Of a stretch of 64,000 nucleotides of DNA, positions 47,363-58,597 are shown piece after piece; position 1 is the first letter of the stretch, and every line of letters starts with the position of its first letter. Both the position numbers and the translations under genes were made by a program. The stretch is from Candidatus Poribacteria bacterium. Its GTDB lineage: Bacteria; Poribacteria; WGA-4E; WGA-3G. The notes beneath the pieces are model-generated. The model was not told the origin of the DNA. It worked only from the letters and a program-made list of their open reading frames with translations, and made no database searches. The stretch spans positions 1,024,001-1,088,000 of the forward strand of contig CBDANF010000002.1 of the NCBI GenBank assembly GCA_965197475.1, in the 5' to 3' direction.

Positions 47363-49777
47363 TCAATCAATCGCTATCTGCTCAATTGAGTGGACAAACA
47401 ACACATCGTTTACACCCTGGTAACGCTGCAGAACGTGATCTAAATCTCCGGAATTCAGGTCTTCTGTTGTTAATCCCGTGATAACCAAGTCAGCCTGAGT
47501 TGATCTTTTCTCTACTTCTTCCTCCAATTCTTCGGCACTGTCATAAGACACGGATGTCACATTCTGCATTGAAATGGGCAGTCTTCCTTCCTTGATGACC
47601 GTTGAGAGTTGATCGGCATCGAGTTCAGTATCCCACGAATCGGAACATGCGAAGAGCCGAATTTTTGCCCGTTTCCATTCCGGATGCCCAACTAAAATAT
47701 AAGCAAGCAACAACATCATCGAAACATTGGCTATGTTGTCATCTGTTACCCATACATGGATTGAGGATCGGTAACCGAAGCGATACTTCGTTGATCGCAA
47801 GACCAGAACGTTAAAAAACGATTCCACGGCGAGTCGCGCACCTTGTTTAACCTCATCGATCTCTTCAGGATGGTCTTTATCAAATTCGAGTAGGATAGAG
47901 TTGTTAGGTAATCCCGAAATTCCAGGCATCTGCAGCACCTGTGCCAAAGCAAGTTGGAAAGTCGGACAAATTAGGGAATCGACAAAAATACCCGCACGAC
48001 TTGCTTCGGTCTGTTGGATTAAAGCCTCAACATGAATACGTGCAGAGATCTCTCCGGGAAATGAGTAATCTCCTGGGAAAAATTGAATAAAATGACCGAA
48101 TCCCTGACGATGGCAGATCCAACGAAGTAGATCAAAATGTCCGAGTCGTCTTTCGCCGAATTGGGTTATGCCGACAATTGAAGGTCGCCATCCGCTTTCG
48201 GAAAAATTCGCCCTGTTTTTCTGTAAGGTAGTTTGCAGCCAACGAGTTAACTGAAACATCGCCCCTTGGAAGATACCAGTCATTCCTCGCTGTTCACCAT
48301 GTCCACGGCGAAGTCCGATGTAGATTGCCAACATGAGGAAAATTGAGATAAATGCGTAAAACACGTTTATCAGAATCATCATCAACCCACACATAACGGT
48401 GCCTAATAATGACACATACCAACGGGAGTGGAATGTTGGTCGATAGGATGGATTGCCAGCAAAATGCTCAAGGAACGAGACAACACAGAGAGCACCGTAA
48501 GTCACCAAAAAGAACATGGTCAAAATCTGTGCGATAAAGTTTAGTTCTCCTATGACGACAAACACCATCGCGATAGCACCTGAAATGAAAGTCGTGGGCA
48601 CCGGTTCCTGCGTTTTTCCTATACCTGTTCGCATGAGACGGTTGAGACCTGGAATTGGTAAAACGTTATCGCGTGCAAGTGCTTGTAACGTTCTTGGTGC
48701 TACCATGATTGAGCCAAGCGCGGATGACAACGAGGCTGCGCCCAACCCAATAAAAATTGCGGGATCCCATATTGATATTTTTGCCATAATGAATTTATCT
48801 CCAGCAAGATCCGCTGGTGTAGCACTTTGAGCAAGTTTAAAAGCAACAAGAATATATACGACCATGCCCGTTAACGTTGCACCGATTGTGCCAAGAGGGA
48901 TACTCCGTTGAGGGTTCCTCAGATCACCAGATAACCCTAAACCGGCAATCATTCCCGTGAAAGCCGGAAAACATATTGCAAATACTATCCCAAAATCATC
49001 ACCATCTGGGATGGCTGCGTTGAAGTCCAGTCCCTTTAGTTGTTTTTCTTCGGCACCCTGTTCCGGGGGTGTTTCTATAGGGACCTGCTCTAGGGGCATA
49101 TCTTCGGCACCCTGTTCCGGGGGTGTTTCTATAGGGACCTGCTCTAGGGGCATATCTTCGGCACCCTGCTCTGAGGGTATATCTATGGCACCCCCAAGGA
49201 AGAAAGCTGAAAGTGATACTACCAGAATCGCGCAAATCCACCACAACATTGACACACCCATATTAGCACCTTTTGTCAACATAATGACAATAAGTATTAA
49301 TGTAAAAGGAATACTCAACCAACGAGGTTCGTAGTCGATCTCAAGTTCTTTGTACTCTCCTACAATCGTGTCGAATAAAGGTTCGAAAGCTTCGGCGAAC
49401 GCGACCATGTAGAATGCTATAGAAATCGCTTGCGAAAGATATAAGGCAAAACCAATTGTGCCGCCGATACTTGTGCCAAAGGATCGACTAACGATATAGT
49501 AAGCACCGCCACCAGCAACACGCCGGTTCGTTGCGATCTCAGATACAGCCAGAACTGTAGGAATGGTCACGAGATGTCCAAGCACAATCAGGGCAAGACT
49601 TTTCAAAAGTCCAACATTTCCTACAGCGTAACCAAAACGTAAAAAGAGAATTGCGCCGAGGATTGTACATATTGAAGCTAAAAACACAGGAGCAGTGCCA
49701 AAACCGTGCCCTTGTTGATTAGCTGTATTATTACCACCAAATCTGGATCGATATTGTTGTCCCAACTTTGAAAGCAT
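47363..49777 (-). CDS. Cation-chloride cotransporter (SLC12-like) APC-superfamily protein
   Basis: ILGAILFLR, GGGAYYIVSRSFG, FPAFTG, SGDLRNPQRSIPLGT, APRTLQALARD, WRPSI. Confidence 0.88.
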   Translation of the reverse strand: MLSKLGQQYRSRFGGNNTANQQGHGFGTAPVFLASICTILGAILFLRFGYAVGNVGLLKSLALIVLGHLVTIPTVLAVSEIATNRRVAGGGAYYIVSRSFGTSIGGTIGFALYLSQAISIAFYMVAFAEAFEPLFDTIVGEYKELEIDYEPRWLSIPFTLILIVIMLTKGANMGVSMLWWICAILVVSLSAFFLGGAIDIPSEQGAEDMPLEQVPIETPPEQGAEDMPLEQVPIETPPEQGAEEKQLKGLDFNAAIPDGDDFGIVFAICFPAFTGMIAGLGLSGDLRNPQRSIPLGTIGATLTGMVVYILVAFKLAQSATPADLAGDKFIMAKISIWDPAIFIGLGAASLSSALGSIMVAPRTLQALARDNVLPIPGLNRLMRTGIGKTQEPVPTTFISGAIAMVFVVIGELNFIAQILTMFFLVTYGALCVVSFLEHFAGNPSYRPTFHSRWYVSLLGTVMCGLMMILINVFYAFISIFLMLAIYIGLRRGHGEQRGMTGIFQGAMFQLTRWLQTTLQKNRANFSESGWRPSIVGITQFGERRLGHFDLLRWICHRQGFGHFIQFFPGDYSFPGEISARIHVEALIQQTEASRAGIFVDSLICPTFQLALAQVLQMPGISGLPNNSILLEFDKDHPEEIDEVKQGARLAVESFFNVLVLRSTKYRFGYRSSIHVWVTDDNIANVSMMLLLAYILVGHPEWKRAKIRLFACSDSWDTELDADQLSTVIKEGRLPISMQNVTSVSYDSAEELEEEVEKRSTQADLVITGLTTEDLNSGDLDHVLQRYQGVNDVLFVHSIEQIAID
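49047..49168. repeat. 54-bp perfect tandem repeat (EQGAEDMPLEQVPIETPP), about 2.3 copies
   Basis: tcttcggcaccctg recurs at 49047, 49101 and 49155. Confidence 0.95.
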
Positions 49778-49911
49778 TATTTGATTTCCTTCAGTTTAGA
49801 GGGAAACTCCATTAAATAAATGTTTTTCAAATAGTGTTCATCGAAAATAAATGAACACTAACACAATATATTACATTGTTTATAAATAACATTTAAGTAT
49901 TAACGTAGCCG

Positions 49912-50661
49912 CTATAGTGTGACACGTAAAATTGATAGATATTTGTAGTGCAAATTATCTGTTAATGGCGCACTATTGTAGGTTAAAGATCCGCTTAGAC
50001 GCAATCCAAGCCGAGTTGTAAGGTTAACAGTAACAGCAGGTTCTGCAGAAAACCGATAGTTCTTGAAGCCTACTTCCGGTGTAAATTTCAATAATGTATT
50101 AAGTTTTTTCCAACCTATAGAAGAAAAAGCTAACCATCGAAACGAGGTAGGATCAAATTTTCTTATTGTAAGGTCTTTGTAAGGTTGAATATTCTCAATG
50201 AAGTAGCCAATTCCTCCTGAAACGCGGAGCGTACCTTTCTCATATATCCCCGGTCGAATATAACTCCCAAGTTGTGAGGTTAAGGCACTTCCTTTACTTA
50301 TGTCGCGTTCAATATCTGTAAATGCTTCGATCCCAAATTTGTTGATGCGCATCCCACCCTGTAGATGGACCTTGATGATTTCAGTAAGCACCCCTTCTTC
50401 ACCAGAAGCACGCGAACCAAAGATACCTCCCCAACCGTTTATGTTTGTGAACGGCAAGACTGCAGTTAAGGAAAGTGTTTGTGATGCGCCATCGCCCGAA
50501 ATTCCAAAATCTAATGTTTTCGCATCGGTTGGCAAATCAGCAAACTGACTGTAAGCAGGTATTGAAATAACCATTGAAAAGATACCAACAAACGCAAGTC
50601 GCCATATTACGAAACCTCGCCCGCTGACAAAACATGCTTGTATTTCTGCCATCCAGTTCAT
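49912..50661 (-). CDS. Putative outer-membrane beta-barrel protein (DUF481-like)
   Basis: Signal peptide and alternating beta-strand pattern. Confidence 0.55.
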   Translation of the reverse strand: MNWMAEIQACFVSGRGFVIWRLAFVGIFSMVISIPAYSQFADLPTDAKTLDFGISGDGASQTLSLTAVLPFTNINGWGGIFGSRASGEEGVLTEIIKVHLQGGMRINKFGIEAFTDIERDISKGSALTSQLGSYIRPGIYEKGTLRVSGGIGYFIENIQPYKDLTIRKFDPTSFRWLAFSSIGWKKLNTLLKFTPEVGFKNYRFSAEPAVTVNLTTRLGLRLSGSLTYNSAPLTDNLHYKYLSILRVTL

Positions 50662-50788
50662 ATTTTGATAGTCACCTGATTACGAATATTATATATATCT
50701 TCCCATATTTCCTCAGTATAGAAGTTGATCAGAAGACCCACCAACATGCTTCTGTCAATCCTCCCACGAAACATCAACCTAACGTACA

Positions 50789-51878
50789 CAGGACTTACGC
50801 AATAATCTACAATTATGTTATACTGTTCTATTATGACTACATTACACTTTCTAAAAAGAAGCACCACTTATTTTCTGATTATTGTCAATTTTTGTTAGCG
50901 AGTTTCACTAATTTTACACAAACCTATTTTGCAAACCATACGGAGAAGTGGAGCCATGATCAACTCAATCGTTTCCTGAGAAACGAAAACATTCCTTCAA
51001 GCGAACTCTGGGAATCTGTCAAAGACGACATTGCGTTTGATAAAGATGGATACCTTATCTTTGACGATGTTGTGCTGTCAAAAATATATTCAAAACTGAT
51101 TGAAGCTGCCTACCCTCAATGGAGTGGTAGCGACAAAAAGGTCATTGAAGGCATCGGTATTGTCACGTGTGTCTATGTTAACCCAAAGACACACGAGTAT
51201 TGGATCATTGATTACCGCATTTTTGACAAAGACCCTGATGGTAAATCCAAAATTGATCATTTACTTGATATGTTGCACGATGCTTACTTCAAGAAACAAC
51301 TCTCGTTTCGGACAGTGCTAATGGATGCTTGGTATGTATCCATGAAAGTAATGAAAGCGATTGCGGCACTTTCCAAGGTCTACTATGCGCCCCTGAAACG
51401 AAACAGGCTTGTAAATGATACGGATGGTGTTGAACCGCACCAGCAAGTCCAAGATTTATCTTGGTCTCCATCAGAAACGACACAAGGCAAACGCGTGCAT
51501 ATCAAAAGGTTTCCAAAAGGGTATCAAGTGAAGTTGTTCCGGATTGTGTCTGATACAGGACGCACGGAATATATTGTGACAAACGATTTATCTCAATCGG
51601 ATGCGAAAGCGACAAAACAACAGTGTCGGGTTCGCTGGAAGATTGAGCAACTTCATCGTGAAATCAAACAATTAACCGGTATTGACAAATGTCAATGCCG
51701 CAAACTGCGTGCCCAACGAAACCATATTGCGTGTTGTTTCCAGGTCTGGGTCTGCTTGAAGCGTGCTGCCCGGAAAATCACTCAAACGATTTACGAACTC
51801 AAACAAAGTTTATTGGATGATTACGGACGACATCAACTCTCTAATCCTTCAATAATCTTCAAAACTGCGTAAGTCCTG
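50789..51878 (+). mobile_element. IS701-family insertion sequence
   Basis: TIRs caggacttacgca / tgcgtaagtcctg; 5-bp duplication GTACA; transposase motifs DYCQFLL, IFDDVV, MDAWY, RWKIEQLHREIKQ; no in-frame ATG near the 5' end inside the element. Confidence 0.92.
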
Positions 51879-52364
51879 GTACAATTATACATTGCATTTC
51901 ATTCAATAGTTATCTGCGATCCACATCATACTGAACGGATAGATCTTGTGCCAGCACCTTAGTCCATACCATTATTTCTATACTGTCGAAAAGAGTTAGA
52001 TTAATAGTGCGAATGTCCTAAAGTTGTGGAGAAAACACGAAACTAAAAGACAATTGTCAATGTATGACATTATAACACTGTACACTTTCTATAATCCACA
52101 CTTATCGTAACCCGTAGTGTTAATATGATGTCAAAAATTTACCCGCCCATCTTATTGTAGGGCGGGTATCTGTGCCGTGTACGTTTGAACACATCATAAG
52201 GTGGTGAAACAAAATATTAATGCCGCAAATCCAAAAGAAACGTATCGATTTTTGATTATAACGTAAACACTTTTACAAACCCTAATGGAGCAGTTTGGCA
52301 GAGTGGTATTCCCATTGCTGAATAGTACCTGACAAAATATTGGCAAATTCTAACAAATTTAATC

Positions 52365-53051
52365 TCATTGCAAAATTGAATGCAGTTCCTCTTCACGTTG
52401 AGGGTCTGATTTTGCAGCTTCGGTTTCTTTAGCAGATTTGTAACCGTATATCTCAATTTCATTGATTCTTGCAGGATATTGGCGTTTTTCAAATCTCCTG
52501 TTTGATCTATTAGAATTTGCATTAGGATTTCTATCCTCTTTATCTTGTTTAGTTAAGAACTCAGCTTTAGCTTTTCGATTCAAAGCGGCAGCACCCGAAG
52601 TATCTAAAACTACCAAACGCAATCGATCAGTAGGAAAGGGATATGAAATAGGAATCACAAACGGGTTTGAATTGACCATCTTAATGTCTTTTAATAATTG
52701 CCAATCCGTATCTGAATGTATAGTTCCACCTTTATTTGCATATATAACAAACTTCTTGATATTATCTGAATGAATTACGATCCGATGGATGCTCTTTTTT
52801 TCTGGTAATGTAATAATAACTTCTGTCGCATTACTTGAACCATAGAGTTTCCCTGGACCTCTTGAACGGGTTGTCACTCCTACAGTGTTCAGATTTCCGT
52901 CAATCATTTCTGGACTTGTTGAACGGACACCTTCAAGTAAGGCGTAGTTTACACTCAATTCTTGTTCTGCAATCAAGGCATGACCAAGACATCCCGTTAA
53001 AAAAGCAGCAGAACAGAAAAGCATCGGTAAAAAGGTAAATCTAAAAAACAT
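52365..53051 (-). CDS. Hypothetical lipoprotein with discoidin/galactose-binding-like features
   Basis: Lipobox LTGC; NYALL, MIDGNLNT, TDRLRL, INEIEIYG; RBS AAGGAG before ATG 53051. Confidence 0.65.
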   Translation of the reverse strand: MFFRFTFLPMLFCSAAFLTGCLGHALIAEQELSVNYALLEGVRSTSPEMIDGNLNTVGVTTRSRGPGKLYGSSNATEVIITLPEKKSIHRIVIHSDNIKKFVIYANKGGTIHSDTDWQLLKDIKMVNSNPFVIPISYPFPTDRLRLVVLDTSGAAALNRKAKAEFLTKQDKEDRNPNANSNRSNRRFEKRQYPARINEIEIYGYKSAKETEAAKSDPQREEELHSILQ

Positions 53052-53308
53052 TATATAAACTCCTTTGTGTACTTGTGTATCTATATTTGCCAACTAATCT
53101 CAATTTATTGTTAGACAGGAAAAAACAGATAATGTTCGTCCAGTCGAGATATTTTTAACCAATCTCAATTGATTAGTAATTATAACCGTTTTTTTTCAAA
53201 ATTGTCAAGTAAAATTTGATGAAAGTTAAGGAAATTGAAATCAACGTTATCTGAAGTTGCATGCACTTATGGTATTCTGCGCGCCCCTGCCTATAAGTTA
53301 TACTTGAT

Positions 53309-53812
53309 TCAAATACCCATGCGGAGTGCAACAGCTACCAATAGAATAAGTAATGAAACAACCCCCATAAGGCTTGAAACAATAGACATTTGGACGCGAT
53401 ACGGCTTAACTTCAGGTGGGAGTTCCTCTATTCCTGGGTCTAAGCCCTCAATTGCTGCTAATAATCTCGGTGCAAAGACAAAGCTGTGCAGTACGGTGAG
53501 GATAAGCAGCACAACGAATAACATCATTTTAATAAATAACGTTCGCATGAAGATATTGACAATTGGTGAAGAAAAGTCTATAGCATCAAAGATATTACCT
53601 ATTCCGGTAAAAAATAGCACACCGACACACCCCCATACAATCGGTTCAAACCGTTTGCCAATTTGTGTCAAGAGTTGAATGCGTTTCACAGGCGGTAAGT
53701 TCTGTCTGAAATACGGAACAATGACCATCGCTAAAATGAGATTACCGCCAATCCAAATCACTGCGGCAATAACATGTATCCATCGAATTAATAACCAATG
53801 TATCTCCGGCAT
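53309..53812 (-). CDS. CopD/DUF4149-like membrane protein
   Basis: RWIHVIAAVIWIGG, four TMs, HSFVFAPR. Confidence 0.75.
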   Translation of the reverse strand: MPEIHWLLIRWIHVIAAVIWIGGNLILAMVIVPYFRQNLPPVKRIQLLTQIGKRFEPIVWGCVGVLFFTGIGNIFDAIDFSSPIVNIFMRTLFIKMMLFVVLLILTVLHSFVFAPRLLAAIEGLDPGIEELPPEVKPYRVQMSIVSSLMGVVSLLILLVAVALRMGI

Positions 53813-53874
53813 ATTACGTTTTCCTTTTCATGTGTAGCGGTCCATTCCCGCTATATCTAATTATTTGTAGATGT

Positions 53875-55581
53875 TCAAGCTTCTTCAATGCGGTGAATAA
53901 TCGCCTCTGTTTGAGAGATTAATGCTTTCCGATCCTCAGTAGAAAGCGGTACAGGGGCAAACCGATGATAGTCACATTTCGTAAGAATATCAACCAATTC
54001 CTTAAGTATGGATGCTGAAACACTGAATTGTGTGCAAATTTCTTCGACTTCTGTAGTGTTAAGTTGGCGGTATGGTAAATCTTGTCGTTCACAGAGATAT
54101 TGATGTAGGATTCGGGTCAGTGTCTCGCTGAAGGATGTCGCATTTGCATCCGTTTTGCCAGATTCTAACGATTGGAGTGCTGAGAAGGTTTGTGTTGCAG
54201 GAGTCATTGCGGTATCAGGTGCAGTAGATGTGTTTTCAGGTTTGGACTTAGCACGATACAATAGATATCCGCCTATTGCAACACCAACGAGGAGTGGTAT
54301 TAATAGAAGTAACCATAATGCCCACGATGACGAATCGGATTCAATCTCAACGCCTTCACTTGGATTAGGTATAACAGTAATACCAACTGGTTTTGTTTTA
54401 GTTGTCTGATATGCCTCTTTGTTAGGATTGAAGTAGGCGAATTCAATTGTTGGAATCTGTAATATTCCTGCTTTGAGTGGGATAAGCACATATTTGTAGA
54501 TTCTGGTGTGGGAGGTGTCAATTTTGGCAAGAATTGGCGGTTCTACCCTGAATCCGCTAATGGGTGAAATTTTTGGAGCGGTTACCGTTTTGATGTTACC
54601 GTTGCCAGTGATTTGCAGTGAAAGCGTAAGTGCTTTTCGGACTTCAAGTCTCTTCGGGTCAACTTGTGCGGTGATGTTATATTTACCTATAGCCCCGCTG
54701 AAACCTGCAGGCTTTCCGACTTCAGGCAGTGGTTGGACATTGAGCAGTAAGGGTTTTGTTTTTAACGTCTTTGCATTACCTTTTATTGGAAGCTTCAACT
54801 GCGCGGGTTGAATAAGGATTTGCCCAGTTTTTTGTGGGTACAAGCGTCTCACATATTCTTGCACTTGATATGTTCTACCGCGCATCTGCGTAGTTGTATC
54901 TGTCTCATCAGAAAGTTCTTCAACTAAAAAATCGCGTAAAGTAGGGAGTGAATGTGTCGGGGATTCACGGGTTGGCAGCACGGTCGTATAAAGGTAACGA
55001 AACCGATATTCAATTGCTTCATTTAGATACGGTTTTTTTTTGCTGACTTCAGCCTGGACTTTATGAATACCGCCGGTTGAGATATCCACATAGGTATCAA
55101 CCGCACCCACCGTGATAGTACCGGGATTTGCAATATAGGGCACCCCTTGATAAGAAAAACGGACATCCGATAGTGCGATTTTTCCCGCCTTCTGAGGAAT
55201 AAGTTCATAAGCCCACGCCATTTTCACAGCCACTTTATCATCTACTAATCGTGGCGTTGTGTTGGAATGCTTCGGGACAGCGAGAAAATCGGGTAAAAAG
55301 TTGAAGGACGGGGCACCGATATGTTTTATCAGCGTCTTCCCCGAAATTGTGAGTTCTAACGTTGCCCTTTCATTCAATTGAATATGGCGCGGGGTGACGA
55401 CTGCTTCGACTTTGACATCTTGGCTTTGGGCACCCGTCTGGAAAAGCATCAGTAAGATACTGAAGGTGATAATCGTAAAATATGTTCGCAACAGAGGTAT
55501 CTGAAAATTACCAATCTTTTTCACGCCGATATCCACTATTGAGTTGTTGTTTGAGTATCTTTTGCCGGTGCTTATTTTCAT
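53875..55581 (-). CDS. batD: BatD-family protein (start uncertain)
   Basis: Repeated Ig-like domains, VQPLP..FSGAIG, ITGNGNI, YFNP; C-terminal TM; downstream of BatC-like gene. Confidence 0.8.
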   Translation of the reverse strand: MKISTGKRYSNNNSIVDIGVKKIGNFQIPLLRTYFTIITFSILLMLFQTGAQSQDVKVEAVVTPRHIQLNERATLELTISGKTLIKHIGAPSFNFLPDFLAVPKHSNTTPRLVDDKVAVKMAWAYELIPQKAGKIALSDVRFSYQGVPYIANPGTITVGAVDTYVDISTGGIHKVQAEVSKKKPYLNEAIEYRFRYLYTTVLPTRESPTHSLPTLRDFLVEELSDETDTTTQMRGRTYQVQEYVRRLYPQKTGQILIQPAQLKLPIKGNAKTLKTKPLLLNVQPLPEVGKPAGFSGAIGKYNITAQVDPKRLEVRKALTLSLQITGNGNIKTVTAPKISPISGFRVEPPILAKIDTSHTRIYKYVLIPLKAGILQIPTIEFAYFNPNKEAYQTTKTKPVGITVIPNPSEGVEIESDSSSWALWLLLLIPLLVGVAIGGYLLYRAKSKPENTSTAPDTAMTPATQTFSALQSLESGKTDANATSFSETLTRILHQYLCERQDLPYRQLNTTEVEEICTQFSVSASILKELVDILTKCDYHRFAPVPLSTEDRKALISQTEAIIHRIEEA

Positions 55582-56134
55582 TTTTGCTCAAACGTTCAAG
55601 AAGTTGAAGGGTCTCCGCTTTAGAGAGGTTACTCGACTCAGTTTTTGCTGAATCCGGTTTCTTACTATTCTCCATTTGCTGCAGTGTAGTGTTTTGCTGT
55701 TGCTCTTTCAGCAGTTGAAGTGCTAATGTGAGATTATGTTTAGTGTCATCATCATGTGGGTTCAAACGAAGCGAGTGCTCATAAGATTTAACCGCTGCTG
55801 TGAGATCGCGCAGCTGAAACTGGGCATTTCCTAAATTGTAATAGACAGCTGCTTCATTGGGAATATTCCCATCTAAAAGGGCTGTTTGAAAGGATGCTGC
55901 AGATTCTTTATATCTGCCTTTTTTGTAGAGTGCTGTGCCGAGATTATGATGTGATATCGGATTATTAGGTTTCTCATAGATAGCTTGTTGAAAAGCATCT
56001 AATGCAGCGTCATAGTTCTGATGCCAATATGCCTCGGTACCGGTTTTGATGGTTCGCGTCCAATTCCCTAACCATCCAACAAGGAAAGACAAAATAAATA
56101 TGAAAAGTGAGCAATAGAAAATTTTATTCCACAT
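55508..56134 (-). CDS. TPR protein, BatC-like
   Basis: HNLGTALYK, YNLGNAQF, SLRLNPHD..HNL, terminal EKDW. Confidence 0.85.
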   Translation of the reverse strand: MWNKIFYCSLFIFILSFLVGWLGNWTRTIKTGTEAYWHQNYDAALDAFQQAIYEKPNNPISHHNLGTALYKKGRYKESAASFQTALLDGNIPNEAAVYYNLGNAQFQLRDLTAAVKSYEHSLRLNPHDDDTKHNLTLALQLLKEQQQNTTLQQMENSKKPDSAKTESSNLSKAETLQLLERLSKNENKHRQKILKQQLNSGYRREKDW

Positions 56135-56322
56135 GTTCTTATTATAACGAATAACATGGTGATTTGCAAGGAATTGTATGACCTTTCTTTGAAACCTGCC
56201 AACAAGATGAAAGGGATCTGGAAAGAAAAAAACATGGTGAACAGAAAAAATCTATTCCCATTCGCCACTGCGTAGGCACTTTAAAAGCAGCACTACTATA
56301 AAGTTGTAGAATTAATTGCGAT

Positions 56323-57162
56323 CTATTTCCGCTTTATATCTGCCCAGATAGTCGTTAACTTTCCTGCGGGTTCAACAGGTAGAATACCCGCAACTTCTTG
56401 GAAGAATTCTGCTTGGTTAGTAGCTTTATCGGGATAAATTTTAACAGCATCGTGTGTAGCATCGTCAAAGTGAAGGTTCATGTAAGCACCTCCTCCAACT
56501 TCAGTCACACGAAAAAGGAGTACGTTTGCCCCTTTTTCCAATGATATCTCAACGTTGAAGTGTACTTTTCTGGCAGCACCTGTCCAGTCAGGGTGATAGT
56601 ACCATTTCTCTCCATTAATCCATATCTGCGCATTGTTATCATGTGCAGGCGACATTACGGATGTCATCGCTTTTGGTGAATCAATCACAAGAATACCATG
56701 GATGTCAATATTATCTGGGGGCCCGCCTCTGTTCATGTTATTATCGTCTGCTATAGGCAGTTCAAAGACATTCCATTCCCGGGTTCCACCGTGTCCATCC
56801 CAATCAATTTCGTTGATAGTTTTTGTCTTCTGCAAACCAGCAAGCGTGGAAAGGGTTTCCTGCGTCAGTTTTCCATTGGTGCCTTCGTCAATAAGATCTG
56901 TTTGTATGATTCCAGCACCACCGTTATTTGTGTAGTTACCATCAGGTCCGTACCATTTGCTGATCCAGGTGTTAACTCCGGAGTGATCTTCCTCATTCTT
57001 TCCAGGGGGATTGGCGAAGAATTCGCCTTCTTTCAAGGGACCTCCCTTGAGATTAACTTCACCTATTGCAAACGCGAGATTTGTCGCACTGAAAACTAAT
57101 CCTAAACTTAGTGTGATTGTTAATATAAAAAAGTAGAGGGTATTGGTTAAATAATGATGCAA
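56323..57162 (-). CDS. Secreted protein with C-terminal VEPAGKLTTIWADIK motif
   Basis: Signal peptide after TTG start; QIWING..LEKGANVLLFRV beta-sandwich-like segment. Confidence 0.75.
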   Translation of the reverse strand: MHHYLTNTLYFFILTITLSLGLVFSATNLAFAIGEVNLKGGPLKEGEFFANPPGKNEEDHSGVNTWISKWYGPDGNYTNNGGAGIIQTDLIDEGTNGKLTQETLSTLAGLQKTKTINEIDWDGHGGTREWNVFELPIADDNNMNRGGPPDNIDIHGILVIDSPKAMTSVMSPAHDNNAQIWINGEKWYYHPDWTGAARKVHFNVEISLEKGANVLLFRVTEVGGGAYMNLHFDDATHDAVKIYPDKATNQAEFFQEVAGILPVEPAGKLTTIWADIKRK

Positions 57163-57205
57163 GAATTAGCGGGATACCCTCTGAACCGCGCTGCATCATA
57201 TTTCA
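57135..57205 (-). promoter_or_regulatory. Conserved structured 5' leader, copy 2
   Basis: Homologous to 34133-34205, with the same TGTTATCAT -10 element upstream. Confidence 0.6.
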
Positions 57206-57227
57206 GTTGCGGTAATGATAACACTTA

Positions 57228-58579
57228 CTGATATTTCTCAGAATGGTCTTGAACCTAATAATAATCAATAGAAACAAGGTATAGCACCATGAAAATGCGT
57301 TTTTGCTGTGTCCATTTTCCTTGACTTTTATAGCATGAGATAGCATCCTAATTACAGATTTGAATATAAACAAACATTAGGAGGATATCTCATGCTAACT
57401 CAGCTTATCAAATCTACCACTTTTTTTCAAGAACTTCTATCTTCACAGTTTCGGACCTTGAAACAGCATTTTGTTCATACCTTAGTGTTTTTGTCAACCT
57501 GCCATCTGTTTGGGCTCACTAACCCGGATCAAGTGGCGGATGCGTTGTCTATTCCGAAAACGAGGCTATATCGGGAATTGAACACGATGAGTCTTTATCT
57601 CTGGCAGCATCTTTTTGTGCGTATCGGGTGTTCTATTGCGTTAGAGGTGCTACAGGAGGCAGTATCAAAAAGTGCTGCTTCTCTATCGCGTCTACGTATC
57701 GTCATCAGTGTGGATGATACCTTTGTTTTCCGCTATGGAGAGGGTCTCGCCTACACATCCAATTGGTGGTCTTCTCAAGCAAAACAGCCGATGAAGGGGC
57801 AAAATATATTGGGGATCGTCCTAAAGATTGGAAAACGGATCATTCCCCTGAATATGCGACTGATCAGCAAACAAGGACGCGGGAATACGGATAAACCCTC
57901 CTGTGTCATCACTATGTTCAAGGAAATCTTGTCTTTCTTTGAAGGGACCGGAATAGATATCCGAAACTATCCGGTCACCTTTGATTCGTGGTATGGTAGC
58001 CGCCACTTGATTGACACCTTGCGAGAAATGGGATTTGAAACGATCCTTGTGCACGGAAAAAGCAACTATGTGATGACGATTGATGAAAAAAAAGGTGAAA
58101 CTCTCGGAGCATAAAAAGCCGATCAAACTCCTCTCCAATCAATGGGGTTGCGATAAACCGGTCTATCGCACTAAAGCCACAAGTCCAACTTTTGAAAAGT
58201 CGTGGTGTTCTTGGCAGACCGTGGCAAAATCCGAACAATGCTGGTATTCGGGAAACCGCTGCGTGCGTGTGAAATCCTACGGATATGGTCTCAACACCAC
58301 GGTATAGAACAGTATTGGCGGCATCTAAAAACAGACCTAAACCTCGCATCCATGAGCCTAAAAGGACGGAATGGCGCGTATGCGAACTTAGGTGTGAAAG
58401 TGATGAGCTACCTTTTGATACAGCAGGTCAGTCGCTCCGTGCGAAAAACCTTTCATCAAGGACAACTTGAACTTTCAGGACAGAGGCAGATGCTGTCTGA
58501 TCTCAGCGAGCATTTTCATGAACAAATACCAAGAAAACATTGATAAACATTGACATATGAAGAATTTGATAAATATCAG
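57228..58579 (+). mobile_element. IS4/IS701-like DDE element with doubly frameshifted transposase (57392-58543)
   Basis: Imperfect TIRs ctgatatttctca / tgataaatatcag; SVDDT, TFDSWY, IEQYWRHLK; frame shifts near the A8 run at ~58085 and at ~58195. Confidence 0.8.
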
Positions 58580-58597
58580 CCCTTATTTGTATGTATT

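Noticed and set aside
50634-50788. N-terminal extension of the IS701 transposase ORF
   Set aside because: Lies outside the element's terminal repeat; chance open frame
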